A stretch of DNA of 56,600 bases, filler included, from Circinaria calcarea (GCA_051942165.1; 2 parts of 2 records of this genome joined end to end with filler, not necessarily neighbours in it); one strand, 5' to 3'. Positions 1 to 12,929 are shown, counted from the whole stretch's first letter. A program made the numbers and translations. Notes: generated by a model from the letters alone, not told the origin.

Positions 1-393
1 GGGGGGGGGATGGGAGGGAGAGAATACGATTCCGGGAAAGGTTGGTTTGTTACGCTGACGATTGTTGTACGGTATTTTATATAACAGTGAGCCAACTTCT
101 CGTATGATCCAGATAAAACATAGATTTGGTAAATCAGAATCGAATGCTTCGCTTCGTTTCATTTCATCCTATCTACAAACAACAGTTCGAGAAGAAAGGG
201 GCGTAAAAAGCTAGCCCTGATATCGTATCACATGATAGAAAAACCGGTTCATTCCCATTGACTTGATGCAAGGGGGACCTGAAGTAATCAAGCACGCCCA
301 TTGTCAATCCCATCTGTCCTCCAAGAACGCCGTCGCTAGCTCGCAGCAAGTCTAAGGGATACATCATACCGCGCTTGCCATCGGAAAGTGGAA

Positions 394-3300
394 TCACAAA
401 GTATGTTCTGCCGGCGAACCTGGATTCCTTTCTAACGAAACTCCAGCTTCGAGCCTAGGTATCTCGACAGCTGCCTTTTCTCCACTTAAGAGATCCTTTG
501 TCTCCTCGGCTAAGATATCTAGTGTTTTCGTCAAGTCAGGCGTCATAGTCGGACTACTCCCTCGATAATGCTTTTCGGCCGATACTGGAGCAGGCGCATC
601 GTGCTTCTGGCTGCCACGCCGCATATATTCCCCGACACTAATCTTTTTCTTGGCCGGACTAGGCTGTACCATACTGGCAGTAGGCGTGGAGAGTGGAGGG
701 CAGGTGCTCGGGGTGTGGCTCAAAGGCGACTGGGCTAAAGAGCCTGAAATAGTAGTTGGTGTACTAACAAGTGTAGGGGTAGATGCAGAAACATTAGAAA
801 ATGGTTGTTTGGGTGGAAGCTGGACTCGAAGATCTGCTGATCGATAACCGTTTGTATGTTGCCTTCGATCATATGATTGCGCGTGATTAGAAGGCCACGG
901 GGAAGGCGGAAATTTGAAGGGCGAATCGGGGCTATCTATGGGGTCATATCCAATGGGAGCAGTCTCATCTGGTGGCCGAGGCTTTTGGATCGGTGGGTTT
1001 GAAGGCAAGGCTAGTGGTGTAGGAGCAACTACTTGACAGTCCTGCATTTGGACATCCTCACGTGGCGGTTCGGATGCTAGAGCTGGTGAACCTGGCACCG
1101 ATTTATCCTCCCGATCGTTCTCGGGATTGAGCGGCTCCATTGAAGTCTGAGGGAGAGTCTCTCGCAACGCGTCTACTCGTAGTTTGTGCTCATGGCATTG
1201 CGTCAAGAGCTGTTTTTGTAGCGAAATGTAAGGCTTGCGCACAAAGACAAGGTCAGGATTTAGGTTGGACAGGTCCCCCTCGGCCCAAACGTTGTCTGTT
1301 TGCACGCCTGAGTCGACATAACACTTGGTGATGACTGGTGATAAGTTCGACGAAGCAGCAAGATGCGCTCGGATCTTTGTAGCATCGGGACCAACTTTAC
1401 CAGCCTGAATAGCTGCGGCTGAAATCTTGGTTTGGGGGGAACCTGACTGTCTACTGAAAGTACCTGTATCGGCTGGGTGCGGTCGAGAAGGGCCGCCAAC
1501 TATGTCTAACGAAGATGCGGGCATGGTAGTGCTAACTAGACCAAGCTGCCGCTACCGGAGGCATTAGCTCTAACACCCATAACATATAATTTTATAGGAC
1601 TCACTGAGACCAGTGCAGTAGGTGTATTTAGACTTGACCCACCACTGTTCCGCTTCTTCTTCTTCTGAGCCGACTGGGCTGTATGTTCTTGAAGCTCGAA
1701 GCTTTTCTCCAGGAGAGCAATCTTCCGTTTCTCGCGATGGGACAACTCCATATCGTCCGGAATACAACCCTTCCCATGAGCATTCGAGTACGAGGGTGTC
1801 GTATCTCGGCTTCGCGGCTTACTTCTCAAAGATCCGGACGTAGAACGACAGTCATCCTGTTCCTCATATTCCTGATGCTTAAGGGCCTCGCTGCCGGATC
1901 TGCTGTTGGTGGCATGACTGGTGCTATGCGACGACGCAACGTTAAAGCCTTGATGGCCTTTCTTTGACGTCCCGTTGGGCAAGTACAACCCAGGGTCTCC
2001 AGTTATCATAGCGTTTCGACGATCATGGCCCGCTATTAGGCATCCACCAGGATCGTCGCAAGCGCATTCACCGAAATCAGCGAGGACCTTCCCACTCCAT
2101 TCCGCAATATAGCTCCCGGCTGATTCAGCAGTGAATTCCTGCTTGATTTCTGCATCGGTCTGCTGGAAGTATTTCGACATATGCTCATCCAGGCGCCACC
2201 CGATGGTCAACTCTGTGCCCGCCTCGAGGTCTTGATTGGCAACGAAGCAAAAGTGATATTCTGAGCCGTTTTCAAGGATGGTCTTCATGCTCAAGTTGGG
2301 GCGACAGCTTCGACGAAGGTACCGACACCTACTGCCCTCTTGTCTGGTGTCAATGTAGATCGGAAGTTGGTCATGAAAGAAGACAAACGGTAATGGATGT
2401 CGGAGGTAGTCCCACCGGTTTGCAGAATCGTGAACATATTCACGTATGTCGCCGATCTTGCCACGCAGCTCACCAACGATCGTGTTTTGTTGCGTGAACG
2501 TATCTATGGTCAAATACGTCCATCTTGGATGTAGGCCGTCGTACTCGACAGTATCATCCTCCTTAGTTACTTTGTTCAGCTGAGGAAAGTTCATGTCATC
2601 GATGGGTTGATCGCATCGTTGAAAGATATCCTGAGGTTTCCTGCCGTTGGCTGCTTCTGTAAGGGCTTCAACGTCATGCGACCACAAGGAAAGAAGTGTG
2701 GTTATTCTGATATCATTGAAAAGATTAGCTGGCATAGGAGCGTCACCGGGATCATTATCATACAGCCGGAGAAACTCGGTGCTGTATGGTATGGTAGGAT
2801 GGCCATTAGGTGTACTGTTCCGGGGAGTGTGACTCTGAACGGGGTGGGAGGCAGAGACCGAACGTTTAGTAGAACGCGACGATGGGTTGACTGACCGGCT
2901 AGTTGAGTGCATCGAGTTAGAAGCTTTGTGACTGGTCTTTGATCTCTTCGCAGGCGGGACATGGTCTTTGGGGTTACCTTGAGCTCCATTGCGAGGGGAG
3001 GCAAGCTCATGCGACCAACCATTGGTGCTGACAGTCTGTTGGTCGGATGTCTTGAACTTCTTCTTGTGAGTCTTCCCGGCTGGCTTCCTCACCTTTCGGT
3101 CAGCATGCTCGAGATGTTCGCGTTTCTTTTTCGGTCGCTCGGTTGCCCTTCTTGTATCAACTGCTCTAGGCTCGCAATCTGCGCAATTGTGCACCTCTGG
3201 TACTCCGTTCTGGCTGTAGTAGCATTCGATATGTTGCCAAGTCTCGCATTTTTCGCAGAGGACGGTGTTGCCGTCATCTTCTTGAAAGTCGCAAATACAT

Positions 3301-3443
3301 TTGATGGTGTAATCTTCTTCGTCCTCGGCCGTTGTACCGTTGGAATTCGAGTTGAGCGCAAACGGAGGTGCAGGAGTGGTGTCACCTGTTAACTCAACAG
3401 ACAGCGCCGAATGCGTGAAGTGAGACAGAGAAAGATCTGTCAT
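394..3443 (-). CDS. SET3: Set3/Set4-family PHD-finger and SET-domain chromatin protein (2 exons: 3443-1605, 1551-394)
   Basis: PHD finger YTIKCICDFQEDDGNTVLCEKCETWQHIECYY...HNCADC. The SET domain has the Set3-type degenerate RYLRRSCRPN motif. Intron 1604-1552 (GTGAGT...GCTAAT...GTAG) joins the two long ORFs in frame. Confidence 0.88.
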
Positions 3444-6312
3444 AATATGACAGATGTCTTCTCTGAGAGTTCGAGGATAAGTCGAGGTGGTTCAAGATTC
3501 TCTTTGGCTTGCTTCGCATATCTCAGGTGCAAGACGCCAGCAAGCCAAGAGGCCCTGTCTTTGTACTTGCTGATGCGCTGTGCTTGAAGGTGAACGCGGT
3601 GCGTCGAGGCCCTCGAGCGATCGAATCAGGAAATCTTCGGTGGCATCCAAGTGTGAAGGCGAATCCAAGGCGCGCGAGAAGGCTTTGCGAGAATCAACAG
3701 AAGAAAAGATGGTGATCTCTGAATATCTACACCTATCATCGAGTTGTCGCAATCAAAGCCGCCGATGAAAGGATGGCCGTAATGTGGAGGTGAATGTTGG
3801 CAACAACAGCAACGGGTGAACTTCATTCATCCGACGGGAGCCAAAGACGAACGACGCACTACTTGGAGACTATGACGTTCCATCCATGGCAGGATCGAGG
3901 CCGGAGGGTGTCTTGCTGGTCGACGAGAGGGTCGGAGTAGGGGGATTGCTGATGGGATGAATGCTGAGTACGGGAAATAGCGAGAAAGAGGAGACTGCAA
4001 AGAAGGCCGTGGCGCTAGCCTACGGAGGGTTAGACGGTTGTTAGCGCCGAATTGCAAACCTAAGTACAAAGATAACGAGTATCCATGCACCCATGATCAA
4101 GTAAATGGAGAATAATCCCACCAGCCGATCGACCAGCTGCATGCCTCAACGACATCCGCCGTCTCCCAGGGGGGGGGGATGTCCGTCGATGGAAGAGGAA
4201 CTCTGCACTGCAGTGGAAGTTGGTGCTCCAGCAGCGGCGCCAAGGTTAAGGCGAGGTAATCAAAGGCGGGAACGGAGAGGCATTTGGCCTGGTCTTAGCT
4301 GAATGTATGACGTTGGCCCGGCTAAGGAGCTCGCTCGCCTCCATCTCTTCTCTGGTGGGGGTTTTCTCCTGCTGGACTCTGGCCTGGTAGCCATGACTGC
4401 TGTCGGATAAGTAATGATCCATCTTCTCATAGTCTCTAATCGCCATGTCGATTCTCGGTTGTGTATGTATATGCATGTAAGTGAGCGAGTAGAAAGCGAA
4501 AAGAAGAAACCGCGCGGACAGAGTCCCATTCTCGGCTGAAGGCTTGGTTTTCGATGGACTCTCGGTCCGGGGAATGTCCGATATCCAGGCGCGCCAGGTC
4601 TCTCGATACCGGAGATTATAAAACTTCGTACTCAGTACAGGTATTGTTGACTGTATGGAGGTGGGCAGACATCCTCCATCATCGTCGCGAGATGGGGGTC
4701 AATGCTAGTCATAGATCGGTGAGGATCTCAGGATTTTGAGTCTCAGTGACATTCACGTCCCACTATGGAATCATCATCTGCATGTCACATGTCCACAGAA
4801 AAACCCCCTGCTCTGTTACTCCTTACCAACAACAAATTGTGCATTCTGACCCTGACTACGGCTTTCCAAGAGTCTCTAGATGGTTATAGAGAACACTTCT
4901 CCTGACTTTACCTTAAAGAGTGAATAGGGAGCGTATCCATCGTTCTTCTTTTACGAAGACTCGTCTCTTAGTCTTCCGCTAGTACTGCTGTGTGGAGTTA
5001 GCCATCTCCATATTACTTTAAATTTAACTCCTCCCTGGGAATCACTTCTTGCGCTCACGTTCAAACTGTTGAGAAGACCGTTGGCTGACGACTGGATACA
5101 AGCTTAACCCAGCGAAGTTTCTTTCTTAGCAGGCCGTGGTGGAAGATTGATAGCGTGCTCCCCTTGCAGCCATAAGACCATGACCACGTGGGAAACATCA
5201 CCGCCTTTTTTTGCTGCTAAACCGCGGTCAAACACTTCATTGATAGCTTGTTGGTGCCTCAGCTTTTAAGTATTCTACAAGCCCTCGAAGTCCGTATTCG
5301 TGTGGAAGACCACTTGTACGTCTCAGCCTTCGAGGTTAGATGCAATAGCAATCTAAATGTACCTACTCCGTAGAAGTCTACATATGTTGTTAGACAGTAT
5401 TGATAGCCTCTTGTAGATCTTGAAGCAAGTCAAGATAACCTCCATCTAAGTCCTCAACAAGTGGAGATTGGGACTAAGTCGGCGTGCAGACTACCTGTAC
5501 CTCGACTTTTGACTCGCATCAGATTTGCACTCAGACCTGATCTTAATCCACATCGAGGTGGACGGAAAGAACGGTTTGGCTCAAATAGAAGCACATGTAA
5601 ATGGTCCGATAACCACAGCTTCAACTCAATGCCTTTACGACTAGGTAGCACGGTGACGGGAAAGTCGTTCTGGGGGATGAGGATGCGCCACAAAATCCGC
5701 CAGTGACGGTGCAAATGAGAGCAACAAGATACACATACATTATATACATTGGACAAGAGCATATCGCGAAGAACACTCAGCTAATCTTATCATCTCGATG
5801 GGCATTGGAAGTTCGAGTCTTGGCGAACCCGCCTTTGAATGTCAGTCGGGAGCAACCTCTGGGGCATGTGAAGCATTTGCTCCTGAGTACTATGGTTGTA
5901 GGAACAATAGATGTTAGCGTGGGTTTCGACCAACCTGGGTACACTCAGCAAAGGCTGTATAAATTCTTTTAAAAAGAGGTGTAATATGGAGGACATCCTC
6001 TGGTGTATATTCCGTCTTTCTGTATGATAACAAACTGTCGTTTGGGCCTTTTATGATTTATTGCAAAATAACCACACTAACATCTGTTATGCCTGCTACC
6101 ATAGTATAAAATTACTCCTAGTGTATTTTATAACTAGAAGCCTAGTGACTTCCCATTGGATGATATCTGATGTCGTTTTGGGTTTAGTGAGCTTGGCACC
6201 TGGGGTGGCTCAGTTCGCCGCTTTCCCGTGCAATCAACAAACACCTTCGGTCTATTCGAGTCTATCAGGACCATCAGTATATACTATCCTAGAACCACTA
6301 CTGCATTACAAC

Positions 6313-6939
6313 ATGCAGCTCACCACCGTTTTCCTCCCCTTGCTTGTATCGACGCTCGCTGCTGCCCGTTTTCTCGGCAGTCAAACTCGCCTTACGGACG
6401 ACCTCCCGGTGCCTGGCGATAACCCCCTTCACTACTGTCAGTCGCCTACCGACAATATTCTCGCCATAGACTATGTGGATCTATCTCCGAACCCTCCGTC
6501 TCCGTAAGTCTCGACCTTGCGCCGCTGGAAGCACCCCCTGACGTTTGCCGCAGTGGGAAAAAACTTACCATCGAGGCTTCGGGCACCTTCAGCGAGAAAA
6601 TCGAGAAAGGCGCATACGTGGTCCTTACTGTCAAATATGGCCTCATTACGCTTGTCCACCAGATGGAAGACCTGTGCGAACAGCTGCAGAACGTTGACAA
6701 GAAGTGTCCCATCGGTCCGGGAAGCGTCAAGATTACAAAGGATGTGGACATACCAGCACAAATCCCGCCGGTAAGCTCATGCCTTGAATGTGTCTCGTAG
6801 CTTCGATTACTGACTTTTGATGTCCCAGGGAAAATACACTACCACTGCCGACGTTTACACAGGCGTGAAGACGAAAGATGGGAAGGACAAGAAGATCACT
6901 TGCCTGACAGCCACCGTCACTTTTGCAGTCGGGAGATAA
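6313..6939 (+). CDS. NPC2: ML-domain phosphatidylglycerol/phosphatidylinositol transfer protein, Npc2-like (exons 6313-6503, 6554-6770, 6829-6939)
   Basis: Signal peptide [18 protein letters not shown]; motifs [51 protein letters not shown]; canonical introns. Confidence 0.9.
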
Positions 6940-7378
6940 GTAGATGGGGCAAGGTGGTGATACAGCTGAATGACTTGGTTCTATGAGGTGCATGTTCTTT
7001 CAAACCTCGAGAACCCGGATAGGGACAGGAGTGTTGTATGAAGGCGCACTAAGACTCGGCATTTGTTGATTTTTCGATGTGAATCTCATAATTGCGATGT
7101 ACATCTATAATATTTGCTGTTGGATATACCAGTGCTATCTATGACAGCGAACATACACCCTTGTTTGTTCGTGAGAGGGTCGATCTGCGTTACCACCACT
7201 TTGTACCCCAAAAATGTCACAGGAGCGGGACCCATCCATGTCAGTTTAATGACCCGGTCCGCACTCCACACTCCATAGGTTGATGGAGTAAAGTTCGTAT
7301 GGTAACGCTCGACCCAGGCTGCCAATAACGTAGAAGAATTGAGTTTCACTGCCGTCGAAACCTTCCAACCCAAAACAG

Positions 7379-7942
7379 CTACTCTCCGAATAATCTCCTC
7401 ACTCGTTTTAATACGCTGTCCTTCTCAGGATCATAAGGATGATCTTTACTCGGGATCTCCAGGACAGCGGGGAAGGCGTCGGTATACGTATCCACTCGAT
7501 GTCTGATCTTTTCGGCGATCTACCATTCCGTAAATAAGTCGACGGTTAGTTCTGGGTGGCGCACAATGCTGTAGATGGTATGTGGCACATACGTGTTGAT
7601 TGATGAGCAAAATGGCTATGTCTTTCCTATCATGCGTGAACCTGTCGAATGCCTGTTCAATCGTGGAGGTTTCCGTCTTGGCGTCAACGACCAGGAAGTT
7701 TTTCTGAGCATCTGGAGGCGAGGTTACGTGCTAGATTCTGGCGTCAGTCCTATCGTATGTTATTGATCTGTGTCGTCAGGATTACTTACCCCAATGCCGG
7801 CAAGTAATAGACCGGTCACGGAATCCTAAGGGAGATCAGTGTCTTGAATGTAAAGCCCCTCGACAGAAGATCCGAAGCTTACCTCATCACCAATGACGGC
7901 GAGAAAGTGACGGTCCTTGTATGCTGAAGTTGGCGCTGCCAT
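7379..7942 (-). CDS. VMA7: V-type proton ATPase subunit F (multi-exon)
   Basis: Spliced peptide [35 protein letters not shown]...[53 protein letters not shown]. Confidence 0.95.
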
Positions 7943-8230
7943 CACTGGGGGTTTGGGACAGGCAATCGTCGTGAGAGTGAAGTCATTCCTTCGTATTTTG
8001 ATCAATTGATGAAGCTCGGTCCACGAGCTTATATCACATCCCTGCAACTATATCCCGATCCGGGGCAGAGCTTTGGATTCTTGAATAAACAGTGCGAACA
8101 GGTAATGCTTGAGACGTTCATTCTCCTTCCCCGATAGCGAAGAGTAAATTGCCAATAAACCCTCGATATACCTACCCGGCATCATGTTATCGGCATTGCG
8201 TCCAGTGGTCTTTCACTAGTGCATGCAGCT

Positions 8231-9657
8231 ATGGCACCTCGAAGGTTGATTCGCCGCCAACCTCTGATAGAACGTATCAAAGCCTACCTCGATCCCCTAG
8301 ACCTCCTACTGTGGGCCTCCGAAGAAGTCGAGTCGGGCGACTGGGATCAATGGCAGAAGGATTGGGCAACGCCGATAGGATTAGGGCTGAATATCCTGAT
8401 GCTTGTTGCTCGAGCAAACAGTGGAGGCGATGTACGGCGAAAAGGAGACGATGTGTTTGGAGACGAGAGAGGGAGTACTGGATGGATGGTCTGGTTTGTA
8501 TGTACCTGGCCCGCTCGCACCATCGGGTATTGACTTTGTGCTAAATGATACCATCAACACCTCCATAGGCCGCTTTCATAGCCCATCTTCTGTCGTTACT
8601 GTCCTTTCTGAACGCAGCCTACGCATTCTATCGCAAACGTCACTACCGCCTTTTCGAAGTGTCCGTTGATGCGCCTCCGAGCACTCCTTCTGCTCATCGG
8701 GTTCGAGTTGACTCGTCCCCTCTATCATCCTCTCCACTTCGATTCCTATCGAATATACTTACCGCCAACACAGCTGAAGCCAGGTCTCACCCGGATGCAT
8801 CAAGAGATGTCTGGGAACTTTCCGTGTGGGATCCATCACCACTCTCTTTAGAAATGTTTGCTTGGTTCAGTCCTGGCCATGTGCTGGTGTATTGGTTGTT
8901 CCTACCTACCGCACCTCAAGATCCGAGACCCAGCACCACTGTGGTGACCACCATAGCCTTAGCTGGCCTCCTGTCTCTACAGTTAAACCTGTTACAGTCT
9001 CGCTTCTTACAGCAATCTAAAGATACATCCCTGGTACATAAAGAGGTGCTTAACGAATACGATACCAAATACGTGCATCCCCGCACTCAGCCCTTGATGC
9101 GCGACGTTGGTACCCAATACGCTAGCTCCGGTACATCGATGTATAATTTACCAGGTTATGAGGACGAAAACAACGCAGTTGATACATACAAGCCGACTGT
9201 CATAATCAATCGAGGCTTCCATACCCAGCCGAATCCGAATTACGTCAAGTACGTAGACCCTGAAGGTCTACAGAATCAGTATACACCTTCAAGAGGAGTA
9301 GGTAGCGGTATGATACCATCCATCCATACTCCCGCACACTTACGTGATGCGTCTTCGCCTGTCCAGTCACGGACTGCCACCCGACAGCCAGTGGTTAGGG
9401 CTAGCGTAGGTCCTGCAGGTGGTGATGGAGGAAGTTTAGGGGTTTATTCTCATGCTAATTCGCCTTTGAGGAAATCGGTATCTACCACGAATGGAGGAGG
9501 CCATTTTGAGCGTGATAGGAGCGGGAGCCCTATGAAGAGAGAGGGTAGCCCCCTAAAGAGAAGTAGTGTACCGGGAGGCATGAATCCAGTAGCAGCCGGT
9601 CAGCGTTGGGCTCACCTGCAGGGGCCACATTTACGAAGAGAGAGCGGAAGATTTTAA
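8231..9657 (+). CDS. Nuclear rim protein Nur1/Mug154-family membrane protein (exons 8231-8497, 8569-9657)
   Basis: MAPRRLIRRQPLIERIKAYLDPLDLLLW N-terminus, YRKRHYRLFE, VWELSVWDP, FSPGHVLVY, EVLNEYDTKYVHPR; intron GTATGT...CATAG. Confidence 0.8.
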
Positions 9658-10128
9658 CAGGCGATCTGTAGAAAATTTTTGCTACCCAACCCTGTTACCG
9701 ACCAAGAAACGAATGTCAAAACGTGCCTCCACTAACTCCTTAACTCGTTGTCGATAGAAGTCACTTTGAATACAAGTAGACAAAATCGAACTAAATCATC
9801 CTCAATACAGAACTGGGACCGCGGTAAGCGCTTCCTTCCATCTCCGTAAATTACCAAGCTCTCTGCCATCACAATTAGCTCTTTCCCATCTAAAGAAGCC
9901 ATCTTTGAATTTTCTGTAACAACCGACAACGTTAGGCCCCATCCCTAGAGTAGTCCAGCATTCATTTGGTAATGTGTTCATATATAGCTGCATACTGATA
10001 TATCTCTTCATCGACCAAACTTCAATTTATCCTTTCGCGTATGCACACATTTGTAACTCAGTCAACCCGAGGAATGCATCAGCATTCTTTTCTATAATTG
10101 CGCCGCAAAACAAAAAAACATTGCCGTG

Positions 10129-12711
10129 ATGTCATCCTCCTCCTCCTCCTCCTCATCCATCTCATCTACAGAAACGGTTCATCGTCTCCCGCACTCGAGC
10201 AGGAGGTGGTACCTTCCCTCTTCTCCTGTACCGCACGCGCTTGTACCTCTCCGTGCTTTTTCTCGAAGCCAGAACTCCAGTCCCCTGGAACACGCACACC
10301 GGTACGAAGTTGCCCCCGGGATCTGGAGTACCGACGCCACGGCCCGGGTATTCGGTTACCTTCCCGAAGAAGAAGAGAAGCCGGCGAGCTCTCGGCGGGG
10401 AGGAGACCAGAAGACCGTCAAGCCGGTCAAAAGTGCCCGGAGTTGGGTTCCGGGCCCGGCGAAGAAGTTAGTCAAGCTCTACAAGGAAGTCCACACGGAT
10501 GATGGCACCGACGACTTCCGACGACGGACCCACAGGCAACGCGTAGAAGCGTGGGACCGGTCCCGCCAGGAGAAAAGAGACGCAGCTCGAGCCGAGCGGG
10601 AAGCGAGCGAGCAAAGGGGGCGGAGGGCCAGGATGGGGACCGTTACCCGGGAAGATGAGTTGACCACCCGTGGGGCGAACCCCAGGACAGGCCTGGTGAG
10701 CCCTTGGGTCATAAGTGACGACGGTAAAGAGTGTGGACACGCGAGTGAATATGTCAACGCCCGTGCTCTGAACGCTCCAGAAAATGGGCGAAGAAAAAAC
10801 AATGGCAAGTGGAAGCAGGATGACCAAGGATGGAGTTTAGTAGGGGCACTAATACCGGTGGAAACCACGGGAAAATCGGACGAAGAGATATCAAGAAGAA
10901 TGTATGCCGAGAAAACTGTGGAAAAGTTGGTTGTCAATCAGCCGGGAGTAGATGGTCCAGATCCGCCTAAAGTGTCAGAAGAGCAAATCATGAGGATTCA
11001 GGGTAACAGGAGAGAGGCGTTGAGAGCCGCTAGGAGGGAAGATGGAATTGTGAATGTCAAGACTCTTACCGCACCAAGACAGCTAACATCTGAGGGACCA
11101 AGCTCACTGTCACTGAGATTCTCCAAAATTACAAGAAAAGCTGTTGGGAGTACCCCACACCGAAGGGATGTATCAAAGCATACGGTGACTGTTGATGATC
11201 GAGCGCGGGCATCATCCGTCTCTCAAGTCAAGCAGCCTTTAGATAAAGGACGCCATATTCGGATCCTCGCGCCAAATAGCGATAGCCGAGATGCAAGACC
11301 TACAGATAAAAGCGACATTCAAAGAAATACGACAGGTCGAGATCTTTCCACGGCGACCTTCGGGAATCCGCAGGCACTGGCGAATTCCTCCATCAGGAAA
11401 CATTCACCGAATATCCAGTCCCTCGATCTATCCAGTCCTTCTCATCTCCCATTGCGTTGCCCTATTCAGAAGCGTCTTTGGCCAGAGCATGAGCGAGAAA
11501 GCTTCAATAAAGACGCTGCTGATTCGTGTGTTGCCTCTACCAAAAAACCTACTGTCTTGGACGGTGAGCAGGGTCAGAGTAAAGGGAGGCCGAAGGTCGA
11601 GAGGAAGGACGGTACAGAAAACGTTCCCCAAGTGGACCGACACGCCGACGAAGTATATAGATTGCGCGGGCAAAACGATTACCTATGGGGAAAAGGGGGA
11701 CATACCAGCATGAATAGAGAAACCGCGGGAAACGCTCCTATGCTAGGCAATCAGCCAGAAAAATTGCCATATTCGCTTATAGATCACACAACCAACCACG
11801 TCATGGATACTTGGCCATCCATGCACTCAACCAGTGGGCAAGAGAAACCAGTCGTTGAGACCTACAATGGGTGGGTAGTATCGAACCCAGTACCGCGACA
11901 CTGCCCACGAACCTCGCAGCATCGAACATCCAAAGACTGCACAAAGTCCCAGACGCAGGGACTAGAAGATACATGGTCTGTGGCAGAGCATTGCTGGACG
12001 AGCGACACCGCTGGGCAAAACATCCTTGACCGGGGCTTGAGGAAACTCTGCGGGAGCGCTCCGAAAGGAGGTGGATTGACGAGACGATTCAAGAAGGCGG
12101 AGACTCCCATCGGTGGAAGCCTTGGAAAGGATCAATTCCTCGAGATCAAGGATTCGAGGGTGAGATCACGCAATCACGACAAAGACGAGAACGGGAAGAG
12201 CCTGCCGAGTGGGGAAGTTCCGATCAACAGCAGTCTTCGAGAACGTTCAAAGGCGAGCCAATCATCTCTCGATGTGGAGAGAATGTTGCCAATAGCTTTT
12301 GAGAAGGTCCAGCAGGCCTGGGGTCTCGACGACGACGGGGGCCGAAGAAGCCCCTTGGTCCAGCAAATCGACGAGGTATACCATCTCTGGCAGGACATGG
12401 ACAGCCAACTACAGACCTCGGCCAAGATCCAGCTCGTCGTCCATCACTTGGCCAAAATGGCGCATCATGTGCTCTTGACATTCCATCCGTCCTCTCCGCC
12501 CGTCACGGTGTTGAAGACCAGGACCGGTCGAGCAGAAGATTATATCGCAGCGGTCAAAGACGTCCTGCAAGCAGCTTTGTGTCTGGTCCTCCTGCTGAGT
12601 GTCTTCATGGTGGCATTGAAGGCATTGAGGGTCTTAATGGGTCTGACGCAATGCGCGCTGGTCTTGTTCAGATTGGCCTGGGCGGTTGTAAGATGGCTTT
12701 CGTTCTCATAG
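10129..12711 (+). CDS. Uncharacterised protein of about 860 aa with C-terminal hydrophobic (likely transmembrane) helices
   Basis: Single 2.6 kb ORF. Blocks YEVAPGIWSTDATARVFGYL, RGANPRTGLVSP and GKWKQDDQGWSLV look ordered or conserved. The middle is low-complexity and the C-terminus is hydrophobic (ALCLVLLLSVFMVALKAL...). Confidence 0.8.
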   Translation: MSSSSSSSSSISSTETVHRLPHSSRRWYLPSSPVPHALVPLRAFSRSQNSSPLEHAHRYEVAPGIWSTDATARVFGYLPEEEEKPASSRRGGDQKTVKPVKSARSWVPGPAKKLVKLYKEVHTDDGTDDFRRRTHRQRVEAWDRSRQEKRDAARAEREASEQRGRRARMGTVTREDELTTRGANPRTGLVSPWVISDDGKECGHASEYVNARALNAPENGRRKNNGKWKQDDQGWSLVGALIPVETTGKSDEEISRRMYAEKTVEKLVVNQPGVDGPDPPKVSEEQIMRIQGNRREALRAARREDGIVNVKTLTAPRQLTSEGPSSLSLRFSKITRKAVGSTPHRRDVSKHTVTVDDRARASSVSQVKQPLDKGRHIRILAPNSDSRDARPTDKSDIQRNTTGRDLSTATFGNPQALANSSIRKHSPNIQSLDLSSPSHLPLRCPIQKRLWPEHERESFNKDAADSCVASTKKPTVLDGEQGQSKGRPKVERKDGTENVPQVDRHADEVYRLRGQNDYLWGKGGHTSMNRETAGNAPMLGNQPEKLPYSLIDHTTNHVMDTWPSMHSTSGQEKPVVETYNGWVVSNPVPRHCPRTSQHRTSKDCTKSQTQGLEDTWSVAEHCWTSDTAGQNILDRGLRKLCGSAPKGGGLTRRFKKAETPIGGSLGKDQFLEIKDSRVRSRNHDKDENGKSLPSGEVPINSSLRERSKASQSSLDVERMLPIAFEKVQQAWGLDDDGGRRSPLVQQIDEVYHLWQDMDSQLQTSAKIQLVVHHLAKMAHHVLLTFHPSSPPVTVLKTRTGRAEDYIAAVKDVLQAALCLVLLLSVFMVALKALRVLMGLTQCALVLFRLAWAVVRWLSFS
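10132..10158 (+). repeat. (TCC)n trinucleotide microsatellite encoding poly-Ser
   Basis: tcatcctcctcctcctcctcctcatcc at the 5' end of the 860-aa ORF. Confidence 0.8.
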
Positions 12712-12929
12712 CTTTTTTTACCTTGGGATCAAGAAAGCGTAAAACATGAGTTTGATCTCCTCTTTCCCTCGGTTTGATGGGGTGCCGCATTTGGAATGGT
12801 ACCATTAAACAGATAGCACGATTCACCCGCATTTCAAAATTCCGAACAAGCTCGCAGTATGGGATATCAAAATGCTACTTATCTAGACTAAGAATTGAAT
12901 CGCAAAACTGGGTTTAAAACAATCGTCCC

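Noticed and set aside
5770..5835. GTTCGAGTC resembling a tRNA T-loop/B-box
   Set aside because: I could not build a cloverleaf: no acceptor stem or correctly spaced A-box.
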